From positions 324,100 to 388,099 of the forward strand of contig NIVC01000995.1 of NCBI GenBank assembly GCA_002269645.1: a stretch of 64,000 bases of DNA, written 5' to 3'. Numbering within the stretch: the stretch's first letter is position 1; every line of letters begins with the position of its first letter. Positions 1-13,700 of this stretch are shown one piece after another. The stretch comes from Macrostomum lignano. Its lineage: Eukaryota. The notes beneath the pieces were generated by a model that was given only the letters and a program-made list of their open reading frames with translations, had not been told where the DNA came from and did no database searches. The position numbers and the translations under genes are program-made.

Positions 1-507
1 CAGGGGCTCGTGGTGAAATTAATGAAGCGGCAATTTTATTAGGAGGCAAAAATGATGGAATAAAGCCGTAAGCATATTTGAAACCATAATTTGAATTTTT
101 CATTTTCAGTCTCCAATCTGCCTCGCTCGAATTTAATCTATTGATTGACACTGCGCAGCTCGAGAGCTGCAGTTGCTATGCTTAAAGCTCTTTGCCAGAT
201 TGCTTCACGGGTCGCGCGCGCCTTTCATTCGTATAGCAACCCGATAAGCCTGGCGCAGGTCCGCCTAACCAGAATTACTCAATCCAACGCATTCCTGCAA
301 ATCAACTGCGAGTGGCACCGAAGATATCCTCAGCTCCCACCTCACGGCTCAGCTCTCTCGCCAAAATCTAATGCCGAGATCCGGCCAGCAGCCTATGTGA
401 TGGGATCAAGATCCTCTTTTTCTACTTTATTCTCAAATGCCACAAAATCCATCTTGAAGTTTGAGGTCTACACCTCACATCAGCTCTTCTTCTGCTAAGG
501 ACCTTTG

Positions 508-1345
508 CTCTGTCTCCCTCTCCTGCATATGCATCCTCTGTCTCCCTCTCTCGCCTCTGCATCCTCTATCTCCCTCTCTCGCCTCTGCATCCTCTATCTC
601 CCTCTCTCGCCTCTGCATGCTCCATCTCCCTCTCCTGCATCTGCATCCTCTGTCTCCCTCTCTCGCCTCTGCATCCTCCATCTCCCTCTCCTGCATCTGC
701 ATCCTCTATCTCCCTCTCTCGCCTCTGCATTCTCCATCTCCCTCTCTCGCCTCTGCATCCTCCATCTCCCTCTCCTGCATCTGCATCCTCTGTCTCCCTC
801 TCTCGCCTCTGCATCCTCTGTCTCCCTCTCTCGCCTCTGCATCCTCTGTCTCCCTGTCTCGCCTCTGCATTCTCCATCTCCCTCTCTCGCCTCTGCATCC
901 TCTGTCTCCCTCTCTCGCCTCTGCATCCTCTGTCTCCCTGTCTCGCCTCTGCATCCTCCATCTCCCTCTCCTGCATCTGCATCCTCTGTCTCCCTCTCTC
1001 GCCTCTGCATCCTCCATCTCCCTCTCCTGCATCTGCATCCTCTGTCTCCCTCTCTCGCCTCTGCATCCTCTGTCTCCCTCTCTCGCCTCTGCATCCTCTG
1101 TCTCCCTGTCTCGCCTCTGCATCCTCCATCTCCCTCTCCTGCATCTGCATCCTCTGTCTCCCTCTCTCGCCTCTGCATCCTCCATCTCCCTCTCCTGCAT
1201 CTGCATCCTCTGTCTCCCGCTCTCGCCTCTGCATCCTCTGTCTCCCTCTCTCGCCTCTGCATCCTCTGTCTCCCTCTCTCGCCTCTGCATCCTCCATCTC
1301 CCTCTCCTGCATCTGCATCCTCTGTCTCCCTCTCTCCCCTCTGCA
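508..1345. repeat. CT-rich minisatellite (~26-32 bp units, ctctgcatcctctgtctccctctctcgc variants)
   Basis: Directly visible tandem array; explains the repetitive ORFs at 461-1528 on both strands. Confidence 0.95.
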
Positions 1346-1914
1346 TGCATCGATCAGCTGTGTAGCGTTACAGACTTCTATTATTTCTTTATCACCGGAT
1401 TCATAAGCACACGTACGCATCTGTAATGCATTACGCATTAGACAAGTGAACAAATTAAATAAATAATAGTGTATTCGAGCAAGCCTAACTACTTTCAATA
1501 TTATAATGCAGAAGCCAAAACAGCACAATTTTTTGAATGGATTAATGAAAAATTCAGATAGTATGAATAGATACGCTCGTACAGTGATGATGCTGGTTGT
1601 AACTAAATAACCAAAATGAAAGCAAAACAGAGTAAAACTAAAAGTGGAAGATGGACACCAAGAATCGCATTGAATTTAATTAGTACTTATTTACATACTA
1701 CAATTTCTAAACAAAACTTCAACGCACCACACCGAAAAATCAATAATTAGAATAAACTACAAGAAACAACTGCACACAGGAAAGTTAGATGGGTGCACTG
1801 TGTAACCTGGCTCTGACACCCAAGGCTTACCGGTATAATTGTGGTGTCAGAGAAGAGAGGACACGGGAGAGAAGAGACATGACAGTTTAAATTTACAATG
1901 AGAATGAAAGCCGA

Positions 1915-2499
1915 TCAGGTAAAGCTTGGGAGGCGCAGCGGTCTGCCATAGCGCAGGCAGGTGACTCGAGGCCTCACCACAGTCAGTGGACGCAGGCTGG
2001 TGGGGCCTCTGCCGCCAGAGACAGAAGAATGCTTCGAGTCCGCACTGGAATAGGTGGCACCAATTTGGTCACAGTTGTCATAGATAGGCAGCTCAGCTTT
2101 CATGCACTGCATGATGCCAGGCGAGATGTCCAGCTGGCGCAGCAGGCTCACAGACAGAGGCGCGGCGGCTTGGCTCCATTCATCATTATTGACAGCATCA
2201 TAAATGTCACTGTGAGTTTCCTCAGCTTCAAAGCTATCATTGATACTGTCGCTGCTATTATACAGTGCAGAGTGCTGAGGGGGTGGCAATGCTTCCATAC
2301 TGTCTGAGCCAATGCTGCTGCTGGCTTGACTGCCAGTTGTGGAGAAATCCAGTTCCAATGGCAAGATGCCAAATGATAAGCGACTGCTGCTGGCTACATA
2401 TCCAATTTGTCCAAATGAAGATGGTTTAGAATTTTGATGGTAAATACTAGAAGAGGTGTATGTACCTGATGATGACATTGCATGAATAGAAAAGATCAA
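1915..2499 (-). CDS. Ser-rich ORF of unknown function (194 aa), possibly an exon
   Basis: Non-repetitive open frame in a GC-richer island flanked by AT-rich DNA; no recognisable domain. Confidence 0.25.
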   Translation of the reverse strand: MIFSIHAMSSSGTYTSSSIYHQNSKPSSFGQIGYVASSSRLSFGILPLELDFSTTGSQASSSIGSDSMEALPPPQHSALYNSSDSINDSFEAEETHSDIYDAVNNDEWSQAAAPLSVSLLRQLDISPGIMQCMKAELPIYDNCDQIGATYSSADSKHSSVSGGRGPTSLRPLTVVRPRVTCLRYGRPLRLPSFT

Positions 2500-4758
2500 T
2501 AGAGAAATTAAGTCAATTGAAAATGTTTTCTTGTTGTTCTATATAGTTTCAATTTAATTCTGATAGTCAAATATTCATAAAGTCAAGAGATTGAATGTAA
2601 AAAGGCCAATTATTATGTTCAAAATGCTATTTAGTATTTAAAACTTTCTAGGCTTAGGCCTACTTGGAGTAAAAATAATAATTAGTTCTTCATTATCAAA
2701 AGTTCTTGACTTGAAGATATAACTTTTGGTTAAGGCAAATTAATAAAAAAGAATTTTACTTTAAGATAAATAAATATAATAAGTAAAACAAAACATTATG
2801 ATCAAGGAAACTAAAAATATCAATAAAACAGATACTATTGTTAAAGATATAGAGTGCAGCATTAGTAGGCCTAATAAATAAAAATCATACAAAATCAAAA
2901 ATATATAATAATAAAAAAAGAAATATTTTAACTTGTTTATGACTTTTTAAAGCTAGATAGGCCTATATGATTTTGAAACAAAGTTATAATACAATTTAAA
3001 TTAAAATTTTTAACACTCATTATAAGTTAGAACTATTGGGTTAAAATTCAAGCTCTTATTATGTTAGAGTTTGAATTTTATAGAATAATAAAACATTATT
3101 CATAGATAATTCTCTTGTATCTTGACTTAGCAACCACCCAAAAGAACTTACAATACAATCACAATATCACATCTCTAAGATATACATGTGTTTTACAAGC
3201 TTGTTCCAGTTGTACTAAGAAATTTCAATTTTCGTTTTAGTCCTGTAGCCTATAATATAAGCCTCTGTAGTAGGTCTACTAAAACTGATTGAAATTTGTA
3301 ATGAGCAAGTATTATCATAATACAACAAAGAAAATATACATTTGCATCCTTATAAGAACTATAAACAAGCAACCAACACCAACTACGACTAGCAAGTCCG
3401 CATCATATGTCATCAGCAGTCATAGTGACAGAATACACGTGGCAAGATCTCCAACTTTGCCAACTCTGACGTGTCAATTATGAATTTCTTTCTAAGAAAG
3501 TGTAAATATAAATCAAACACGTGCAAGTGCACGTGCTCAACTAAACAGCTGATTCGAGCATTATTGTAGAATATTACGCCTTAAATCCATTTAAATACAA
3601 AAAGATGCTCAAAGTAGACATATTTTTACTCAAATACTTTACGCTTTATCATAGACCAACGAAAATATCCACGATAATTAAATTTCGAGCGTATAAACTA
3701 AGTACGCTCGACCAAAAGAGGGCCCTGACGATTCAATGACGGAAAACGCCTTACAAATTGTTGAAATGTTTTTGAAAGAAGATGCACGTCGTGTATTTTG
3801 CAATTGGTTGTTTATCAATTCATAATATTATATATTTCTTTCGGTTTTTTAAACTCATACAAGCTAATTGAAGCTTTATTCTGAGACTGTTTAATTCATC
3901 TAGCTTCAAAGCCCACTTCACCGCGGTAGAATGACTATAAAATAGCAACAATCCGAAATAATTGGATCAATCTTTGAGGAGTGTATACAGGATTCTTGTT
4001 TATTTTATGATTCGGAGCAGAAATACATAATAAATGTTACTAAATAATTAAATAATTAAATAAAAAAGGTTACATAATACATAAATATGTAACCTGTTAC
4101 ATATCCCGTATTGAAGGTCAATGCACATAACATACACCTGTACACATTAAAAAAACTGACATGCAATTCATTCAGCTGTATTTACCGCTTTTTTCTCCCT
4201 ATTAACATGCTTTTTATTTATTTACATGGATAAGACTTAAGTTAAAAGCTAAATCTTGATTTAAATCACAGAGACAGCTAGCATGTTTACGAGTATTGTT
4301 CCAAGTTTCTGCTATAGCTAAAGCAACACTGCACTGCCAGTCGTAAACAGGAAATCGTGTTTCCAGCTCAATTCTGCCAAAAATGCAGAAAGAATCACAA
4401 TGGGTAAAGCAGCGAATAATGTTACATACTGTAGATGAGCACTGTCTGCTCCCTCCGACTCATTTTCGGAACAGTATTTCAGTGACAAGCAGCAGCAAGC
4501 AAAGTGAGTTCAATCTACGAAAGTGAGGTCTGAATACCCGCTTGAGAAGTTGTGTGCGTTTGAGCACAGCTGCATTCAGTTAAATGTGCATGGCATAGAG
4601 TGTACAGTGTAGATGCAGCTTCACTGGGCCGGGGGTATATTTATAAGCCACCTAGCTCGTATAGGTGGAAAGAGCTCCACAGTGAAACAAAAACAAGTTT
4701 GAAAAAAAGCTTTACGTGCCCGCAGCTTGAACGCAGCTAAGGAGGCCAGTGCGAAACA

Positions 4759-7700
4759 ATGTCGCAGCCAAATCCCGGATTCTTGAGATCTCTGTTTGCG
4801 ACAATTCTACTGCTGACTATTGCGGCATCTGCGGCTAAGTCGCAAACTATCAAGATTGGTAGGGAAAACTTTCAATTGCTGATCCTTTTACTGCCGAAAA
4901 TGTTTTTTATCTAGAAAAACTACTAACCAGCTTCTCTAAGAAACACAGCGCTCCCCTTCGTCCAATTCAGCATCAAATCTTTACATTCCCAAGAGGTTGG
5001 AAATAACGAAGCCCGACGAGGCGCGAAGACAATTATTATTGGGCGAATAAATTATTATATAGATAAATTTTCTGATCGGTTTTTGATCTCGAACGAGCTC
5101 GTGAGATTATTGCCGCTGGCCTGCACTGTCACGAATTTTGCGACAGCAGGACCTGCTCTGTGCGAATCCGGGATTAGCGCTCGACAAGGCGCTTCTTTTG
5201 CGCTGCTGCAGGGCCTTTTCTAGTGGGATAATTTCTTTCCCCTTCCAGCCCCCTTGCCAGCCCCGATGGCCAGGCGGGTTGAAGGCAGCTCATCTGGAAA
5301 CTGGGCCAAACAGACGAATACAGCGGTGCCAATAATGAATTACAACCTGGAGGCGCAGTCGCAATTCAAAACGCTCGCCAACCGGAAAGACGAACGCCGT
5401 TCACGCTCTGGCTTGCGCTATTATTTTTCCTGGAAAAGATGGGGGGAGAAAATAAAAAAACGCACGCCCCCGTTCCGACTGGCACCGATTCAAGTCGCGT
5501 CCAAATCCCCAGATTTATTTTAATTTATTGAAGAAAATTTGGCATTCAGTATTTTGCAAAATTTATTGCTTCTGGGGCGTTTGCATAGCGCGATGAGTCC
5601 GAATGAGGAACACATTCGCGCGGTAACTAAGCTATCTTTCGAGGCTTTGAGACATGATTTTATAACCCTCCGACCCGAATGCAGGTGTGCACAACGATGT
5701 GAAGATTTTGAACTCTCTAACCAGCTTGAACAGTTCCGAGGTGGCCAGATTATTCAACATCACTTTTATAAATGTCAGCAGTTTCCATTTAGGCCCCGAC
5801 CCGGAGACTCTGGTCCAGGTGCGCTCCTGTAAGTTTCTGTCGTGCTTTCAAATGCAAACTTTTTCAGAGGGCATAAGGAAAAACACAGGAGTGTCATACA
5901 AAGTAGAAACAGCTGGGTGTCACTAGAAACAGCGGGGTGTCACTAGAAACAGCTGGGTGTCACTAGAAACAGCTGGGTGTCACTAGAAACAGCTGGGTGT
6001 CACTAGAAACACAGGGGTGTCACTAGAAACACAGGGGTGTCACTAAAAACAGCTGGGTGTCACTAAAAACAGCTGGGTGTCACTAGAAACAGCTGGGGGT
6101 CATTAGAAACAGCTGGGTGTCACTAGAAACAGCTGGTTTCACTAGAAACAGCTGGGTGTCACTAGAAACAGCTGGTTTCACTAGAAACAGCTGGGTGTCA
6201 CTAGAAACAGCGGGGTGTCACTAGAAACAGCAAGGTGTCACTAGAAACACAGGGGTGTCACTAGAAACACAGGGGTGTCACTAGAAACACAGGGGTGTCA
6301 CTAGAAACACAGGGGTGTCACTAAAAACACAGGGGTGTCACTAGAAACACAGGGGTGTCACTAAAAACACAATGGTGTCACCAGAAACACAGGGGTGTCA
6401 CTAGAAGCACAGTGGTGTCACTAGAAACACAGGGGTGTCACTAAAAACACAGGGGTGTCACTAGAAACACAGGGGTGTCACTAAAAACACAGGGGTGTCA
6501 CTAAAAACACAGGGGTGTCACTAGAAACACAGGGGTGTCACTAAAAACACAGGGGTGTCACTAGAAACACAGGGGTGTCACTAGAAACACAGGGGTGTCA
6601 CTAAAAACACAGGGGTGTCACTAAAAACACAGGGGTGTCACTAAAAACACAATGGTGTCACTAGAAACACAGGGGTGTCACTAGAAACACAGGGGTGTCA
6701 CTAAAAACACAGGGGTGTCACTAGAAACACAGGGGTGTCACTAGAAACACAGGGGTGTCACTAAAAACACAGGGGTGTCACTAGAAACACAGGGGTGTCA
6801 CTAAAAACACAATGGTGTCACTAGAAACACAGGGGTGTCACTAGAAACACAGTGGTGTCACTAGAAACACAGGGGTGTCACTAGAAACACAGTGGTGTCA
6901 CTAGAAACACAGGGGTGTCACTAGAAACACAGGGGTGTCACTAAAAACACAGGGGTGTCACTAGAAACACAGGGGTGTCACTAAAAACACAATGGTGTCA
7001 CTAGAAACACAGGGGTGTCACTAGAAACACAGGGGTGTCACTAAAAACACAGGGGTGTCACTAGAAACACAGGGGTGTCACTAGAAACACAGGGGTGTCA
7101 CTAAAAACACAGGGGTGTCACTAAAAGCACAGGGGTGTCACTAAAAACACAGGGGTGTCACTAAAAACACAGGGGTGTCACTAAAAGCACAGGGGTGTCA
7201 CTAAAAACACAGGGGTGTCACTAAAAACACAGGGGTGTCACTAAAAACACAGTTGAGTGTCACTAGAAACAGCGGGGTGTCATTAGAAACAGCTGAGGTG
7301 TCACTAGAAACAGCTGGGGTGTCACTAGAAACACAGGGGTGTCACTAGAAACACAGTGGTGTCACTAAAAACACAGGGGTGTCACTAGAAACACAGGGGT
7401 GTCACTAAAAACACAGGGGTGTCACTAGAAACACAGGGGTGTCACTAAAAACACAGGGGTGTCACTAGAAACACAGTGGTGTCACTAAAAACCCAGGGGT
7501 GTCACTAGAAACACAGGGGTGTCACTAGAAACACAGGGGTGTCACTAGAAACACAGGGGTGTCACTAAAAACACAGGGGTGTCACTAGAAACACAGGGGT
7601 GTCACTAAAAACACAGGGGTGTCACTAGAAACACAGGGGTGTCACTAGAAACACAGGGATGTCACTAAAAACACAGGGATGTCACTAAAAAGCAGCGCAA

Positions 7701-10700
7701 TTGTGAGAGAGGAATTTTCAGGAAAGAATCGCGAGGGACGAATTGTCAGAGAGGAATTGTCAGAGAGTAATTGTCAGATAGGAATTGTCAGGGAGAATTT
7801 GTCAGAGAGTTTCATGCAATGTTCAACTGTGAAGCAGCTGGAGACTGCAATTGTCTTCATAAAGACACGGTCACACCGACAAACTTTGGTCAGACTTGGA
7901 ATCGGTCAGGTCGAACCCGCCGCACCTGATCATCGGCGGCTACAATGGCACAGTGTCAGCCATTGCCAGCGAGCTGGGCATTCCGTACTATTGCACCAGC
8001 CCGAGCCATCAGAGCCCGCTGCTGATGGACGCAACCTACCTGAATGCCAGCTCGCTGCTGCTCATGAACTCTTACATGGAAGACATGATTGCGGCGGCCC
8101 AGCAGCTCACTAACTCCATCATTCAGCGGCAGGCTTTGATTGTGGTTACCGATGACATCAGTGACAGTGAGTGATAAGTGTTTAACAATCATGAGTGAGA
8201 GTGCTCTGGGTGACAATGTCCTGAGTGACAGTGTCCTGAGTGACAGTGTCTTGAGTGACAGTGTCCTGAGTGACAGTGTCCTGAGTGACAGTGTCCTGAG
8301 TGACAGTGTCCTGAGTGACAGTGTCCTGAGTGACAGTGTCCTGAGTGACAGTGTCCTGAGTGACAGTGTCCTGAGTGACAGTGTCCTGAGTGACAGTGTC
8401 CTGAGTGACAGTGTCCTGAGTGACAGTGTCCTGAGTGACAGTGTCCTGAGTGACAGTGTTCTGAGTGACAGTGTCCTGAGTGACAGTGTCCTGAGTGACA
8501 GTGTCCTGAGTGACAGTGTCCTGAGTGACAGTGTCCTGAGTGACAGTGTCCTGAGTGACAGTGTCCTGAGTGACAGTGTCCTGAGTGACAGTGTCTGAGT
8601 GACAGTGTCCTGAGTGACAGTGTCCTGAGTGACAGTGTCCTGAGTGACAGTGTCCTGAGGGACAGTGTCCTGAGTGACAGTGTCCTGAGTGACAGTGTCC
8701 TGAGTGACAGTGTCCTGAGTGACAGTGTCCTGAGTGACAGTGTCCTGAGGGACAGTGTCCTGAGTGACAGTGTCCTGAGTGACAGTGTTCTGAGTGACAG
8801 TGTCCTGAGTGACAGTGTCCTGAGTGACAGTGTCCTGAGTGACAGTGTCCTGAGTGACAGTGTCCTGAGTGACAGTGTCCTGAGTGACAGTGTTCTGAGT
8901 GACAGTGTCCTGAGTGACAGTGTTCTGAGTGACAGTGTCCTGTGTGAGTGTGGTGATTATGCATAACTATTCAGAGTTTATGATTAATTGTGCCAATTTG
9001 CAATGGTTCCAGGCGTGAATTTCCTGCTGAACTCGCTGTCCGACCAGGCCCTGCACATGGTACTTCTGAACGGTTCTATTCGCGATTCGCTGTACAATGC
9101 CAGTCTTAAATTCAACATTAGCTCGGCAGTGTTCCAGACAATGTTCACGTCCGACCTCATGCTCGAGGCCCTACTGCCTGAAGTGAGCGGCACTCTGGTT
9201 ACAACGCGGGGTGTTGAATAGCAAAGAATAACAATACGTATCGTTAGTGAATCAAATTATTAAATAATAACTAGTCACAATCACACACCACTTCTTCAGG
9301 CTGCCCGGCTGAGTCTAATGAAAAATGTATCGTTCTGGATCATCACAGACTTGGTGAGTGACTATGAGATGTGCTCAGTCTCTAACCCAAGCCCCCGTCT
9401 TAAATAGAAAGTAATTCCTCTGTCTTAAGTCATGACAATGATCTTCATTGTGTTGCTGTGTTCTGTTGTCGCTGAAAAAGCAATCAAATTAAGTCGCCAC
9501 TCCGCTCCCGCAGTTTCCCAACAGCAGTCAGCTGCTGGCGTACCGCAGAACGGGCTGCACAATGTTCTCCTTTGCGCTGCAGTCTGCAGCGTCCAATGTG
9601 ACGAGTCCTGATGCCCTGACGCTGGCGATGGCGCAGGACGCAATTAATCACTACCTGAAGGTGGTCGATGGTGGCCGTTTGTCATTCGATCTGTCGAGAG
9701 CGCTATTGGTAAACAAATAACTGTACAATCTCTGAATTCCTGTTTATTTAATTGGTTCCAACGCTTGTAAACGCATAAAAGCAATAAATATCCAACTCAG
9801 ACAAGCTACAATGGAATACTGGGCCAACTGCACTTTAGTTCCGGCACCAGACGGAATTTGTACAGCCAGCTCAATACAATGATGACGTCATACAGGCTTC
9901 CCTACTTGGAAGAGGTGATGCATGAGGCTTGTGTTGTGATTTGCGATTCTGGCTTCTGATCTTTAGCTCCTCTGCTGGTTTCACAACCAAGCCACCAGAT
10001 CCCCAACCAAGCCACCAGATCCCCAACCAAGCCACCAGATCCCCAACCCAGCCACCAGATCCCCAACCCAGCCACCAGATCCCCAACCAAGCCACCAGAT
10101 CCCCAACCAAGCTACCAGATCCCCAACCCAGCCACCAGATCCCCAACCAAGCCACCAGATCCCCAACCAAGCCACCAGATCCCCAACCCAGCCACCAGAT
10201 CCCCAACCAAGCCACCAGATCCCCAACCCAGCCACCAGATCCCCAACCAAGCCACCAGATCCCCAACCCAGCCACCAGATCCCCAACCAAGCCACTAGAT
10301 CCCCAACCAAGCCACTAGATCCCCAACCCAGCCACCAGATCCCCAACCAAGCCACCAGATCCCCAACTAAGCAACCAGATCCCCAACCAAGCCACCAGAT
10401 CCCCAACCAGCCACCAGATCCCCAACCAAGCCACCAGATCCCCAACCAAGCCACCAGATCCCCAACCAAGCCACCAGATCCCCAACCAAGCCACCAGATC
10501 CCCAACCAAGCCACCAGATCCCCAACCAAGCCACCAGATCCCCAACCAAGCCACCAGATCCCCAACCAAGCCACCAGATCCCCAACCAAGCCACCAGATC
10601 CCCAACTAAGCAACCAGATCCCCAACCAAGCCACCAGATACCCAACCAAGCCACCAGATCCCCAACTAAGCAACCAGATCCCCAACCAAGCCACCAGATC

Positions 10701-13700
10701 CCCAACCAAGCCACCAGATCCCCAACCAAGCCACCAGATCCCCAACCAAGCCACCAGATCCCCAACCAAGCCACCAGATCCCCAACCCAGCCACCAGATC
10801 CCCAACCAAGCCACCAGATCCCCAACCAAGCCACCAGATCCCCAACCAAGCCACCAGATCCCCAACCAAGCCACCAGATCCCCAACCAAGCCACCAGATC
10901 CCCAACCAAGCCACCAGATCCCCAACCAAGCCACCAGATCCCCAACTAAGCAACCAGATCCCCAACCAAGCCACCAGATCCCCAACCAAGCCACCAGATC
11001 CCCAACCAAGCTACCAGATCCCCAACCAAGCCACCAGATCCCCAACCAAGCCACCAGATCCCCAACCAAGCCACCAGATCCCCAACCAAGCCACCAGATC
11101 CCCAACCAAGCCACCAGATCCCCAACCAAGCCACCAGATCCCCAACTAAGCAACCAGATCCCCAACCAAGCCACCAGATCCCCAACCAAGCCACCAGATC
11201 CCCAACCAAGCCACCAGATCCCCAACCAAGCCACCAGATCCCCAACCAAGCTACCAGATCCCCAACCAAGCCACCAGATCCCCAACCCAGCCACCAGATC
11301 CCCAACCCAGCCACCAGATCCCCAACCCAGCCACCAGATCCCCAACCAAGCCACCAGATCCCCAACCAAGCCACCAGATCCCCAACCAAGCCACCAGATC
11401 CCCAACCAAGCCACCAGATCCCCAACCCAGCCACCAGATCCCCAACCAAGCCACCAGATCCCCAACCAAGCCACAAGATCCCCAACCAAGCCACCAGATC
11501 CCCAACCAAGCCACCAGATCCCCAACCCAGCCACCAGATCCCCAACCAAGCAACCAGATCCCCAACCAAGCCACCAGATCCCCAACCAAGCCACCAGATC
11601 CCAGACCGATTAAAGCAGACTCAACTCGTCTCAATAAAATCGCAGTTCGGGGTCTGGGCCAAGAACAACTCTGGCGGCATCGCTTTGATCCGAGGCGGCC
11701 TCAGAAGCAAGCTCCCAATTTTGCGCGTGCTTACCTTTATGGTAAGTGGATTCTTGAGAATACATCTGCAGCTTTTACTCTCCAGCTATCATGCTAAATA
11801 ATTATTAAAATGAAAAAAATAATCAAATGTGCATACGAGCGTAGATAAGATATGAGTCGTTCTACCATAGATATGAGTCGATCTACCATAGGTACGAGTC
11901 GTTCTACCATAGATACGAGTCGTTCTACCATAGATATGAGTCGATCTACCATAGGTACGAGTCGTTCTACCATAGATACGAGTCGTTCTACCATAGATAT
12001 GAGTCGATCTACCATAGGTACGAGTCGTTCTACCATTGATACGAGTCGTTCTACCATAGGTACGAGTCGTTCTACCATAGGTACGAGTCGTTCTACCATA
12101 GATATGAGTCGATCTACCATAGGTACGAGTCGTTCTACCATAGATAAGAGTCGATCTACCATAGATACGAGTCGATCTACCATAGATATGAGTCGATCTA
12201 CCATAGATATGAGTCGATCTACCATAGATATGATTCGATCTACCATAGATACGAGTCGATCTACCATAGATGCGAGTCGATCTACCATAGATACGAGTCG
12301 TGCTATCATAGATAAGAGTTCAGAAATAGTTTTGATATAAATCAATTACTTAATATTAATGATTGATCTCTCTGCCTGAATGCCCGATAATTTTACAGCG
12401 TCAGCCCTTCACGATGGCCTCGCCAACTGAGTACTACGGCTTCAGCATCAGCGTGCTGAATCATCTGAGCGCCGGCCTATTCGAGTGGGACGTGGTGCCT
12501 GTGGCTGAAAATGGCGACCTGCTGCCGCTGCTGCGCCAAGGGGTCAGTGATGGGATTTGAATAGCCAGTCCCTCCCAGAAAAAACCGATATCCCAATCCT
12601 ACCGGATAATCTATTGATGACATCCATGATTATCCCTCAATTATTCATAATAATCTATTAATAACCCATCGATAATCCTTCGATAATCCCTTGATAACCT
12701 TCGATAATCCCTTGATAATCTTGATAATCCCATAATAATCCTTCGATAATCCCTTGATAATCTTGATAATACCATGAGAATCCTTCGATAATTCCTTGAT
12801 AATACTGATAATCCCTTAATAACCCATTGATAATCCACTGATAATCCATTGATGATCCCTCGATAATCCTGTTCCAGGCTGGCGATCTGATAGCCAACCC
12901 CATGCAGATGCCGTTAGACAACATCAAGAACGACTCAAACGTTAGCTACTCCTCCTGGCCGCTGATGTACACCAGCGTGTCGGCCATGGGCTACGCGGAG
13001 AGTCCCAAGCTGAGCTTCCTCAGTCCGCTGTTCCCGTTCTCCTGGAACGTCTGGCTCGCCGTAGTCGTGGCTTTCGTGATCCTGTCGGCGACTCTCTACT
13101 CCATAGACAAGATAAGCCCGAATGATTACAGGCGACCGAAGTTCAGCATCTCGGAGTCCGTGTTCTTCGTCTATTCATCCTTCATGATGTCCAAGCTGAG
13201 CGCCAAGGCTATCAAACCGTCGTCAAGGATATTCATCTTAATCCTGTGGTTCGCCTCGCTGATGTACTGCACCACTTACGGCACCAACGCCTTCTTCCTG
13301 CTGATCCGCAGCAACCGAGCTTTGCCGTTCACCTCGCTGGACGGGCTGTACAACCAGAGCGGCAGGTACTACCGGGTCCTGGTCGAGAACAGCACCAGCT
13401 CCGGGATCCTGGCCGCTCAGCCTGAAGGATCTGTCTACAGGAAGCTGGCCACCGCCGATCTGTGGGTCGAGTCGGAGGAGGCGGCCCTGGCGCTAATAAA
13501 GAACCAGACGGCTCTGCCAGATGGTCGGCAGCCAGTTTACGTCGGCGACGGCGCCGCAATCAGCTACGCGGTGGCGAAGTCCTGCGACCTGATGATGGCC
13601 GGCAGCAATGAGCTGTACAGGCCGTTGTTCCTGGCGATGCGGGCAGGGCTGGACCCGCAGCTCCGGCGGACCATCAACGACAGGATTCAGAGCATGTCTG

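Noticed and set aside
461-1528. Long ORFs on both strands (SLSPLHP/ERGRQR repeats)
   Set aside because: Translations of a stop-free minisatellite; no unique domain.
1811-1851. ctctgacacc/ggtgtcagag inverted repeat containing a tRNA-Leu-type PBS-like TGGTGTCAGA
   Set aside because: Only 10 bp, with no adjoining LTR or gag identifiable.
3721-3750. CTGACGA...GGAAA hammerhead-like words
   Set aside because: Stems II and III do not pair.
8140-11634. LSDSV, GHCHS and WLGIWWLG repeat ORFs
   Set aside because: Intronic 15- and 20-bp arrays read through in several frames.
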